The notes under the pieces are model-generated. The model was not told where the DNA came from. It ran no database searches and worked only from the letters and a program-made list of their open reading frames with translations. From assembly GCF_001194135.2 (NCBI RefSeq), contig NC_068985.1:8682881-8734627 (forward strand): a stretch of DNA of 51,747 nt, given 5' to 3'. The stretch's first letter is position 1; every line of letters begins with the position of its first letter. The stretch is from Octopus bimaculoides. Its lineage: Eukaryota. This document shows positions 12,476-23,830 of the stretch, in pieces. The position numbers and the translations under genes are program-made.

Positions 12476-13180
12476 ACGACAGATGTACGAATGTTGCTAA
12501 GCATCATTTCCATTGTGACTATAAACATCACGTAGAACAACATTCAGAATAGCGCCTCCTGCAATGGTGATCGGTACGCAACGACTGTGACAAACGAAAC
12601 AACACTCACCACCACATCCACTACCACTACCAATACTAGAGCCAGCACCACTATCATCATTGTCGTAAACAGCAACAACAACGACGAAATCAAAATTTCC
12701 AGCTTTTTCACTAGAACAGCCATTAACCGGAAGCAGGTCTCACTACATACTGAAAAACGAAAGGGGCTCAAATATGCTCCCGTTATTTTAATAAGCTTTT
12801 GATAAGAATTGCGCTCGATGTCCTGTTGGAAAATACATCTGGAGGACGGTGAGGTACTGGTGTATAGAAACGATCATGAAAATAAACTTGATCAGACAGA
12901 GGTGCTGCAATTTGTCTATGAAGACATAAAATTCGTCGCTCGCGACAGATAATGTGGGAGGCAGAAGTGAGATTTCTCGGTAAATCGACATAAACGGCAG
13001 TCCACTGTACTATGTAGTAACAATCATTCAACCCCCTAATTTCAGCAATATAAACCGAAAAACGAGTAAGGTGATATGGAGAGATAACTCAGAAACAGAC
13101 ACCTGATACCTTGTGACAGCCATTATGCTTGGGGATCTACGATATAATAATGTCTCGATACAATGGTCGACGATATAATA

Positions 13181-13391
13181 AAGGCGGTGAGCTGGCAGAA
13201 ACGTTAGCACACAGGGCGAAATACATAGCGGTATTTCGTCTGGCTTTACGTTCTGAGTTCAAACTCCGCCGGGGTTGACTTTGCCTTTCATACTTTCGGG
13301 GTCGATAAATTAAGTACCAGATACGTACTGGGGTCGATTTAATCGACTGGCCCCTCCCCCAGAATTTCTGGCCTTGTGCCTAGAGTAGAAA
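13181..13391 (+). mobile_element. SINE group B (central domain resembling Meta/MESC), complete
   Basis: AAGGCGGTGAGCTGGCAGAAACGTTAGC head and GACTTTGCCTTTCAT..GGGGTCGATAAATTAAGTACCAG core. 10-bp TSD ACGATATAAT at 13170-13179 and 13392-13401. The domain name is recalled, not verified. Confidence 0.9.
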
Positions 13392-13453
13392 ACGATATAA
13401 TGATGTGTCACCAAGAAAACTGCTTGAGTTTTAGCTTAAGTTACAGATAAAAA

Positions 13454-14373
13454 TTAACCCTTTGAGCTCTGATGTCCTGAACCATATTTGACCATATACC
13501 TGGCTTTCTTAGTAAAATAATCTGAAAATTGGGCTAACCAATTACAGCTCTGAAAACAAAGATATCTGTGTCAATAATAATCTGACAACACAGACATACC
13601 ACAGAGATGCCTACCTGTCTCCTAGTGCTAATATTTCACCTTGGTATGCCAATTGGTCCAGGATGTTGATCCTCATTTGACTAGAAATGAACCTTCCATA
13701 CTTGTCAACCAACGGCTAATTTGACTGCTTTGACTGTATAATCTTTCCAAGGAACACTGGAGTTTTCTGACTTGAATTTGTTGTACTTGGCACATACAAC
13801 ATACATTGTGTTTGTAGAACCATCCTCTGGAATGTGTGGATGGTGGCGGCCTACGTTTTGGAGTGAATAGGGACTTCGCGATTACGAGCTCTGCGAACAC
13901 CTTTTGTGCAAAACACACCAACAAGTACCACACTATACTGATCCAGAAATTTGTGGAATGTGTCCTTCCTGACCTTTTTAGGACAAAGGGACTGGAATAT
14001 GACATATGCATTGTAGATATCCCACATGAGAAATTTCACGAAGAGACTTCTTAGCCAGCGATAATGGCGTCTTTTCTTGTAAAGTTTCGTCATATGATGG
14101 TTCTTACCTGTTCCTACCAAGTACATGTTGTATTTTTTCACCAAGGAAGGCATAAAAATTCGTATTTCAGATCCATCTTTGTCCCTCATTGACACAACTT
14201 GAACTTGGCTTGGATCATGTCAGCTGGAAATGAAATGGATGGGTTTGCGGTCCATTGGATACAAGAAAATTGTCGTACTTTAGTGCGGATGCACTCCACC
14301 GGTAGAGCGGTGCTACGGTATAGAGAAAAACACCAGCCACCGGTAAACCGGTGGTACGGGCTCAAATGGTTAG
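13454..14373 (-). mobile_element. piggyBac (PGBD-type) transposon remnant with C-terminal transposase fragment
   Basis: TTAA-CCCTTTGAGC terminus at 13454 and GCTCAAATGG-TTAG at 14360-14373. Minus translation gives MDRKPIHFISS*HDP..PSLVKKYNMY..RRHYRWLRSLFVKFLMWDIYNAYVIF and a decayed Cys-rich tail ending WHTKVKY*. Confidence 0.85.
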
Positions 14374-17097
14374 GAGATCGTACAGATGCACCTATAACCT
14401 CTACTTTTCTCTTTGTCTCAAGTACCCGTATAAAATCTCCCTCCAGGTGACAGTGCCACCCACTTTGAGGAAAACTGATAAACACTCCAAGAAAGAATAC
14501 GGTGTAAATTAGTCAATCGATAAGTATGCGGTGAATACACTGGGCATAAGTGCAATAAAAAATTGTTATACGACTTTACAAAGTATGTGGCTGCATATAA
14601 GGAAGTGAGGCTTATTGGTGCAATGAAAATGTTCAACCATGAAAGCAGGCAAGCAAAAAGGGATATCGGTAGGACTCTGAAAGCTATGTTGCAAGGCCGG
14701 ATGGGCAGTCTATGAGATAATTATTAACAGCTGTAAAATGAAAGGAATAATGCAGGTTCTAGAAACATAGAAGACTAAAGGCCTTCATATGAATAACTCA
14801 TTATAGGCTTTCACATAAATTGAGCGATTAGAATTAAATTAAACGAACATAGGATAATAGGAACAATAGTTAAACACGTGTGGCAAACTAGATATAAATC
14901 CGTCAAACATAATTTTTGTGAATGACGCCAGAATCACGAAAGGGATATTAAAATTGTGTCAAGAAAGGAGTGAAGACATCGACAAGATTATAAAAAGAAA
15001 ACGTTTCACTAGATGTAAACTGCAAAAAACCAACAGCAGAACGAAGATGGATGTTATTAAAAATGAATATTGTATGAATGTATGTGATTATATAATAGAA
15101 ACTGATGTAATATTCGTACACAGATCAGACAGGATCATATCAGAAAGAAAGAAATGTATGTACCGTCATAAATATTTCACAAGCTTGTTATTGTGTAATC
15201 AAAGGAATAATGGTAGAAGAAAAATGGTTATCATTTTTGCTTAGAAAGATGAGTGACAGAAGCAATATAGGGAGAAACCACGACGTAGGGGTTACTTGAC
15301 TAGAAAGCATTATTGCATCAAAATATTGAGTTATTGTCAAAATGGGTTTTTATTTTTTAGCTAGGAGGAAAGGCAATTCCGATGACTATTTACAGTTCCC
15401 CAGAAAGGTGGCAGGGAAGATGTAGTATAAAGTCGAGACGAGGTCCGCATGCTTGCAACAAAAAGTATTCTTTTCTAAAAGCAGACTGTGTGCTAGATGA
15501 CAGGGTTAAACCGAGTGAGGGGTTTATGTCTACCACCCAAGTGAGCCATGGTTGAATTGAAACTCAGAGCACAAACAACCAGAACAAATATCGCAAGGCA
15601 TCTGGTTGAACATTGTTACAGTTCTGCTACTACACCACCTCATATTAATACATTTGTATCGACTCCGAAAAGATGAATGGTAAATTTATTCTCGCGGTAT
15701 TTGAACACAACGAGTACAACGAATTGAAAAAGTACTGTGAAATATTCCGTCCGTCGTTCTAACTACCCTACTAAATCGTTGCCTTTCGAAATGGATACCC
15801 GGATACGTGTTCATCGCCTTTGTCAGCAGATTTTAGGATTCAAATTATTCCCTTTTGTCATAGTAGGAATTCAAAAGAATCCCAAAATACGTATTTAATA
15901 ATACCTTAGAAACAATCCTACTTACAACAGGGAATTACAGAAATCTGACCACGTCTTTTCCAATCATGCTGCATCTAGAGATGATTGCTATGATATTAAA
16001 GACAGATGGAACAGATAAATATATGAATTTGGACCTCTCCAAAAGTGACAGAGCAGGCCAAATACAATCCTGTGAAATCAAAAATTATTAGTCAGTAATA
16101 TATTAAGAAAGCGATAAGAGTTGTCGCCACCTCTTCTCAAATATTTAGGGATAGTTCTCTCTCTACACATCTCCGCTCAATATCCCGTATCAATCTCCAT
16201 CGAGCTAATGATTTAGAGCCATCCGATTCTTAAACACCTTAACTTTATTCATAGCTCAATAACACAACAGAGTAACAAGTGACAGAATTGGTGTTATATA
16301 TTAAATAAAACAGAAGAACAGAAACCTTGATAGAGTAAATGGAAGGTCGTGAAGGGAAACAGAACTCGTCGTAGAAAGGTTGTAAGACAACAGTATATTC
16401 AGAAAGAAAATGGTAGTTGTGTACTGGTTTTACAATTGTCTGCTTATAAAGCTGTTTCAGATAACAGAACGATACAAGAGATATCGGCTACGCGTTCCCT
16501 ATGGTCTCGTATATGTATGTACAGAATACAACTATGAGTGTTTGCGAGTGCAGAAAGAGAAAACTCTAGTGCATTTTCCATACAACGATTCCTGAACTAT
16601 CACAATCCACATCATGTTCCGCTGGTTGGAGAGCTAGCGTTTTGCTTCTAATACAAGAACAAACATTAAATACCCTCGCTGTGGATATCGCAAGCAGGTG
16701 ATGGCAAACGTGAAAAAACCCTGTGCAACATAGAGGTTGTGTCGAGGCACAACAAATTGCCAGCCAGCTTGGAACCATCGGGGAATTTGGTTTTGAGCTG
16801 CATAAGTGTGTTTTGAGAATACGAACATTCCTTAGATACCGTTAAATCCGAGTTGACACTGTTACAGTATGTTTATAAATACACTTAAGTCTACAAATAT
16901 ATACAAATGACGAGTGTTGGAGCAATTTGATAAAGTACGTTTAGTTTCATTCTCTCCACCATAAGAAGCGGCTGTAGTCTTCTAACAATGAGTCAAGATC
17001 GTATTATTCGGAACTGCAACAGTCACGAGTAGCTCATTTAGTGAATAAAACAATATCGATAAAGTTTGTTTATCTTATTATAATCTTGATTTCTGAC

Positions 17098-17166
<69 letters not shown>
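17098..17166. repeat. (AAT)n microsatellite
   Basis: Perfect AAT run. Confidence 0.97.
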
Positions 17167-17169
<3 letters not shown>

Positions 17170-17826
17170 ATATTAAAATATTTATTACGGCGTTAAAGAA
17201 AACATACTGAGGAGAAACATGAAGGAGAGAAATAAAAGGAGTAGGAGAAGAATGTGCGATTGTTGTAATGTAAACGATAAAATCTAATAAGAAAAATCAC
17301 AGATTTCTTACAGTAAGTTGTGAAGTAGTAATACGAAATATACAAAATAGTTACACGTTCTTATGACAACCAATCAAGTATATTTTTCTATCGGCTTTGC
17401 CTAAAGACAACTGAAATAACATTTCTCCATTGACATATCAGGAGTAATCATTTTAACTGTTTCATCCTGAAGAGATGTTATGATGCTTGCAATACAGTAT
17501 CAGAAGTATTAAAAAAAGCTTCACAATATTTCAAATTTCAAAATGTTTTCCAGCTATTGTGTTGATATTCTACCCAACAAAATATACCTTGTCATGAATA
17601 CATAAATATGGCAATTGGCATTTAGAAGAAAGTAATTCCAACATCATTATGTTTTATCTTCTGCCTGCCTAATCTAGTATCAGTGTAACGAACATTAACT
17701 TTTGGTTCTTGTTTATGCCTAGATAATTCTCCCTCTTACAATATGATTTAGTCTAAAAAACGTAAATAACATTATGTACATGTACATCTAAAAGGTAATA
17801 TCCCGCATTCAATATATTACATCTTA

Positions 17827-18043
17827 CTAAGGGGTGCTGAAAAGTAGCTGGCTTTAAGGGTATCGTGAAAGGCTTGGTTGGAGATCTAACCTTCCGAGTT
17901 ATTTTCAGGGCTTAACAAAATTGAAGAACCGCTGCAATAAGTGTGTGAATCTGAGAGGGAAATAAGCTGAATAGAATCATAATTAACTGATCCTCCTGTA
18001 TTTTCTTTCGCTCAAAGCCAGGGATTTTTCAACATATGCGTTA
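17827..18043 (+). mobile_element. mariner-derived MITE
   Basis: Imperfect TIRs GGTGCTGAAAAGTAGCTGGCTTT and AAAGCCAGGGATTTTTCAACA. Internal LKNRCNKCVNLRGK*AE* resembles a mariner transposase C-terminus; TA flanks. Confidence 0.75.
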
Positions 18044-19325
18044 CCTAATTTCTTCCACTAAGAGCCAGGTTGCTAGAAGAATGGATCTATAGACCACACA
18101 GACAAAATTATCCACTCTCTACATGCTATGGATCTGCTTGATCATGATAACCCGAATTTACATAATAACAACCACAAGAGTAAACTAGTATCATTTCAAA
18201 CTATACAACAACAATACAAATATTCCTTAAGCTTCTTGACCTTCGATTTCAAGAGGATTCGTAGAAGATATGTTTGATGCATTTCCTGCATAATTAACAT
18301 TATACTTTTGCAGTTTTACAGTTTTACAATTTTGGGAAAATTGTTAAATATTTAGAATCTACAATCTAACTGAGATTCCTAAATCCATTGTATTACATAT
18401 TATAAAAGCTGTATTATTGATAAGAAATGAACGTCCAAATAACATAATGTCTCTTATAAATAATACCTCACAATTCTTTAGATTTAAAATAATGTTTTCT
18501 TTCAGCAAGAAGACAGATTTCGATAGAAATAAATGACCCTACAAGGTTTAACTTAATTTATTGTATTGATGACATGAAATAAAAATCGGCATTCGATATG
18601 CATGGGTTTTCTTATAAATGTCATCAACAGGATAGCAGAATTAAATAAACAATGTATCTAAACAGATGAAACTGATATCGAAGGAAAGGATAAAGTAAAA
18701 TCTAGAAAGTAAAAATTAAAAAAACAGAAACGTAAGAAGACATACTAAAATCTTTATGAGAATACCCAGGGTAAATAGTGATAAAAAATTTTGTTGGTTT
18801 TGAAAATAATGGCCTTAAGAGAACAGAGACTATACAATGGAATTTCGCAAAGTTATTCTATAAAATGTATACAGAGGGATACAAAAGAATTAATTCAATC
18901 AAAATAAAAAAAGTAATTCTACAAGAAAAGGTTCAGTTATATTGGAATCCTAATCTTTGACAAAGAAAATAAATATGAAACAAAATAATATCAACTTATA
19001 TAATTATGCTCTTTTCACTTTTTCTATCCCTGCCTGCAACTTCAGTTTCGTAGAAGATGTTAAATTTTTTTCTCAAACCCAACTCTGAGGAAAGTTGCAA
19101 AAGTGTCAATGCTGAATCTGAGGTTCGAATTGTATTGAAATCGAAAATTGCTTTTTATGTTATACTGAATATCGATTCGATTCCTTTTTACGTTTCATAC
19201 CCTCAGTTGTTACCTAGAGTAATAAAAACATCTTAGTTTCATCATTTTTTAAACCGGAAAAGTAAATTAATATCTGCTACATTTTCGTAACATGTTTTAA
19301 AATCCGATAGTATAAGAAAATTAAT

Positions 19326-19716
19326 GTGTTCGAGTGTTGGCACTCCGTTGCTTACGACGTCGAGGGTTCCAGTTGATCCGATCAACGGAACAGCCTGCTC
19401 GTGAAATTAACGTGCAAGTGGCTGAGCACTCCACAGACACGTGTACCCTTAACGTAGTTCTCGGGGAGATTCAGCGTGACACAGTGTGACAAGGCTGACC
19501 CTTTGAATTACAGGCACAGCAGAAACAGGAAGTAAGAGTGAGAGAAAGTTGTGGTGAAAGAATACAGCAGGGTACGCCACCATCCCCTGCCGGAGCCCCG
19601 TGGAGCTTTAGGTGTTTTCACTCAATAAACACTCACAACGCCCGGTCTGGGAATCGAAACCGTAATCCTATGACCACGAGTCCGTTGTCCTAACCACTGG
19701 GCCATTGCGCCTCCAC
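19326..19716 (-). mobile_element. SINE group A, complete (about 390 bp)
   Basis: Full head and tail; 12-bp TSD AAGAAAATTAAT at 19314-19325 and 19717-19728. Size and head recall the octopus OR1-type SINE (recalled, not verified). Confidence 0.93.
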
Positions 19717-20370
19717 AAGAAAATTAATTACTGTGAAATAAATAAAATGTTATAAAACAATAACCAACTACATCTTATGCAAACGAAACGATGGATGTCT
19801 GATGAGTATGAAAGAGATGGTTAAAATAGATATTGTTTTTGTCGGTGTAATACAGTCATCAGATCCTTGAATGCCTTTACTGGAATTCACTGTCACTGTA
19901 ACATTCTGACTAGTCTCTTGTTTATCTCCTTGTTCATTTTTTTCTACCTGGTGTTCAGAGCATATATTGACTGCATCGATCTCTCGAGTGTGGTAGAACC
20001 TGTCGTACCAGTCTGAGGATATGAACGCTGCCTTTCCTCGTCTGGTTAAATTATGTAAAAAGTGTATCTTTGAAGTTCACACGAGAACTCACTTTTTGGA
20101 ATTGTGGAAAATAATAAATACAATGAAAAGTCAACAAAGAAACCAATATGTAGAGAAAAAAGAACATGGAATAAAGAGTGTAAATATAACGGTGTGAATA
20201 GGTTGCTCATCAGAAGCAGTAATGAACAGTTAGGTTAGAGGACAAGTTTGAGTTACTCAGTTAAGTTGCTCATGATTTTGTATTTTAAACGCATCACAAA
20301 TACATTTGCACGCGCAGGCACACACACACGCACAGACACGCTTCAGCAAGGCATATAATATGAGTATATA

Positions 20371-20752
20371 GTGAAGGCACGTGGCTTAGTGATTAGGGCA
20401 TTCGGCTCACGACCGTAAGGCCGTGAGTTCAATTCCCGCTGAGACGTTGTGTCCTTGAGCAAGACACTTTATTTCACGTTGCTCCAGTCCACTCAGCTGG
20501 CAAAAATGAGTAGTACCTGTATTTCAAAGGGCCGGCCTTGTCACACTCTGTGTCACGCTGAATCTCGCTGAGAACTTCGTGATGCGTACACGCGTCCAGG
20601 GTGCACGTGTCGAGGGTGCACATGTCGAGGGTGCACGTGTCGAGGGTGCACGTGTCTGTGGAGTGCCCAGCCACTTGTACGTTAATTTCACGACCAGGCT
20701 ATTCCGTTGATCGTATTAGCTGGGACCCGCGTCATCGTAAGCGACGGAGCGC
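20371..20752 (+). mobile_element. SINE group D: tRNA head, CORE-like box, group A 3' half
   Basis: TGTGTCCTTGAGCAAGACACT resembles the CORE-SINE box TGTGACCTTGGGCAAGTCACT; from TACCTGTATTTCAAAGGGCC onward it matches group A. Confidence 0.85.
20599..20656 (+). repeat. 15-bp tandem repeat (GGGTGCACGTGTCGA)x4 inside a SINE
   Basis: Three full units and one partial unit, preceded by one diverged unit at 20584-20598. Confidence 0.95.
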
Positions 20753-21034
20753 TCCTCCTATTATGAGGATATGTCAACTTCTAAGATGCAAAATATATTC
20801 GACTGGTAAAAGAAATTACATTTGTGGGATTGAATTAATAATGTTTCTTTCAATGTAACGAATACGGAATGAGAATGCATCTCTCTCAATTCCCGCGTCG
20901 TGAGTTGTATTTAAGGAAAAAGGATTCCTTTTTGTCATCACTTCTCTTAACTTTCAATGTAAAATGTAAAATAAAGTTTCATATCTTATTATTGAGCCCT
21001 AATTAGGTGTTCTGTTATTCTCTTCTAGGAATTT

Positions 21035-21190
21035 CAACCATGTTTCGTGGTCTGCTACCACAACAGCTCCTTTATAGGATCCAGTTAGCTGAAGACATCA
21101 TCAGGAGGAACCACGTCCGGTTTCGGCCCCTACTCCTCTACCGTTTTAACGTGGCGGGGCCCCTCCTTTCGGAGGTGTCTTCAGCTCTGG
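21035..21190 (-). other. GC-rich structured segment with two hammerhead-core-like motifs (imperfect)
   Basis: Minus strand carries CTGAAGA...GGGGCC-GAAAC and CTGATGA...GACCAC-GAAAC, an 11-bp inverted repeat, and a CCTCC-GAAA-GGAGG hairpin. No clean canonical fold could be drawn by eye. Confidence 0.35.
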
Positions 21191-21458
21191 TGTTGGGTGC
21201 ATGTCTTCTTTCACCGTTTGTGACTGTTCTAATTCAACTGTGGAATGTCCCTCGCTATGGTTATTTTCCAGGAGGTTCTGGCCACACGTCTTACGGTTCA
21301 TCAACCCGCGTTGTTGAATTACTTTCTTTATAGCAAGTTTTAATAGTTGTATACATATATGTGCGTGTATGTATGCACGTTTATATGATTATGTGTGTGT
21401 GTATGTATATATGTGTATTGCTAGCCCAAGTAATGCCGGTGCGATACACTGTACACGT

Positions 21459-21499
<41 letters not shown>

Positions 21500-21739
21500 C
21501 TTTCACTACAATGAGACGATGGTGTTGTTGAGAGAGAAATACAGCGAGAGAAGGAGAGAGAGTGTATATGTGTGAAATATAAATAGATGTCGCTATACTA
21601 ATTTTGTAAGTTCTGATTGAAAGTAGGAATTAGAGTTACAAGAAAGAAAACAAAATCAAGCGACGTAAGGTGCGGTTATTCTAATCAGAGGGACCTTCAG
21701 CTGCGAAGGGGCGTCCAGTAAGCCGGCAAATACGGTATA

Positions 21740-21900
21740 TTGTTAGTTATAATTTAGCTTTAAAAAGTGTGAAAGAATATATATCAGTACTAAAAAAGCC
21801 GTAAAACATCGCGGACGATATATGTGGTGATTTCCGTGAACAATTATCAGTTCCACGAATAGCCGGGACCGCGAAAGCCGAACAAGCGGAGGCACATTGT
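21740..21900. mobile_element. possible single end of a pogo/Tigger-like MITE
   Basis: Minus strand TA-CAATGTGCCTCCGCTTGTTCGGCTTTCGCGG resembles pogo-type termini; no partner TIR was found. Confidence 0.25.
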
Positions 21901-21971
21901 ATATATATGTGTGTATGTGTGTGTGAGTGTGTATAAATAGATAGATAGATTGATTGATTGATAGATTCATT

Positions 21972-22030
<59 letters not shown>

Positions 22031-22477
22031 TGAGAGTCTGTGTGTGTGAGGGTGCGTGTGTGAGGGTGCGTGTGTGTGGGTGTGTATGTGTGTAAGGAAA
22101 ATAGGGATGAAAACATCCAATCTTTCACTGGCCTCACTGTTTAATACCCAATTTTGTAGAGACTAATGGGCCACTGCGCCTCCACGGAATAATATAATAC
22201 AAGAACTACATAATATTTTGACTAGGCTCTAGTTTCATATTTAATTTAAATTGATATAATTACAATTAAGATCATTCAATATAAAATAACACAACTGTAA
22301 AAGTTCCTAATGACTTCAGTACCATTATCATAATTACGTTTGTCCTCTACTAAAATTATTTAGTTTATAAGAGGAATATAATATATCGTATTGCTTATAA
22401 TATACACACACATATATATGGAATGCGTATAGATACACACGTACATGCACCCACAGATACGTATACACATATATCAA

Positions 22478-22552
<75 letters not shown>

Positions 22553-23289
22553 NNNNNNNNNNNNNNNNNNNNNNNNNNNNNNNNNNNNNNNNNNNNNNNN
22601 NNNNNNNNNNNNNNNNNNNNNNNNNNNNNNNNNNNNNNNNNNNNNNNNNNNNNNNNNNNNNNNNNNNNNNNNNNNNNNNNNNNNNNNNNNNNNNNNNNNN
22701 NNNNNNNNNNNNNNNNNNNNNNNNNNNNNNNNNNNNNNNNNNNNNNNNNNNNNNNNNNNNNNNNNNNNNNNNNNNNNNNNNNNNNNNNNNNNNNNNNNNN
22801 NNNNNNNNNNNNNNNNNNNNNNNNNNNNNNNNNNNNNNNNNNNNNNNNNNNNNNNNNNNNNNNNNNNNNNNNNNNNNNNNNNNNNNNNNNNNNNNNNNNN
22901 NNNNNNNNNNNNNNNNNNNNNNNNNNNNNNNNNNNNNNNNNNNNNNNNNNNNNNNNNNNNNNNNNNNNNNNNNNNNNNNNNNNNNNNNNNNNNNNNNNNN
23001 NNNNNNNNNNNNNNNNNNNNNNNNNNNNNNNNNNNNNNNNNNNNNNNNNNNNNNNNNNNNNNNNNNNNNNNNNNNNNNNNNNNNNNNNNNNNNNNNNNNN
23101 NNNNNNNNNNNNNNNNNNNNNNNNNNNNNNNNNNNNNNNNNNNNNNNNNNNNNNNNNNNNNNNNNNNNNNNNNNNNNNNNNNNNNNNNNNNNNNNNNNNN
23201 NNNTCTACAGATTATATCACAATATAACATTTGATTATCTAAAATAGTCTATACTGTAATGCCCAAAAATCCTCCAAATAATCAATTGA

Positions 23290-23830
23290 ATTCAATTATA
23301 TTTTTAAACAAACATTTTGAAGAGTATTTACAAGATAAAACACGTTCTCGTCTGTCGTTAAGAAGTTTCTTTTATGATGTTAAAATTTTATATATTTCCT
23401 CCACACAAGTTACATCTATTATCAACAATTTTATAAGATCTGGCATGGCTGAGAATTCGCCATTTATGGTGATATAATTTATTATTATCCTTTGATTTCC
23501 ATATAAATTTACTTCAACTGGTGTTACACAATTTATTTCTGTTTATAAAAGTGTTTTAATGGTTTGCAATACGTCGTTTAATATAATTTTCGGTTGACCC
23601 AATGCAAAAATATCTATTTCCTTCAAATTCTACCCTACATCTGTATATAAGGTTATTATGGACATAAAAATTATTGAAATAACATTTATCCTTAAACCTA
23701 AAATCATAAACTCTACCTGCACGGTTTCAATTAGGTCTATTAGTGTTAATAATGAAAGTATTATTATTTATCTTACTATAAAAAAAATATCCAATTTATT
23801 GTTATTAATCGAAGAGATAATTCTATAAAC
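23290..23830 (-). mobile_element. Penelope-like element, GIY-YIG endonuclease C-terminal region (pseudogenised)
   Basis: Manual translation gives NLIYRCRV..RYFCIGSTENYIKRRIANH*..SKFIWKSKD..KWRILSHARSY..RCNLC..KLLNDRRE..SCKY, following the PLE EN pattern IY..YIG.T..R..H, W.IL, C.LC, LN.R.E..C. Confidence 0.8.

Noticed and set aside
12093-12802. Thr-rich or hydrophobic ORFs suggesting a mucin or membrane protein
   Set aside because: Explained by CAC/CAT/CAA/TAC trinucleotide low-complexity sequence; no splice or homology support.
12805-12955. About 50-codon charged ORF (..HLEDGEVLVYRNDHENK..)
   Set aside because: No recognisable motif and no convincing splice sites.
14918-15244. RTE-like C-terminus (NDARITKGIL)
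   Set aside because: Only one short motif; flanking motifs were not recoverable.
16350-16830. Possible degraded coding or TE sequence
   Set aside because: Stops in all three plus-strand frames I translated; the short minus-strand ORFs show no motif I could identify.
18540-18960. RT-like IDDMK and YIGI motifs
   Set aside because: The spacing between the motifs is about twice that expected for RT domains 5-7.
20584-20656. CRISPR-like array
   Set aside because: Head-to-tail repeats without spacers, inside a eukaryotic SINE.
21007-21333. 108-aa plus-strand ORF as a gene
   Set aside because: Non-ATG start, no homology recognised, and GC-rich sequence lowers stop frequency; better explained as the antisense of the structured island.
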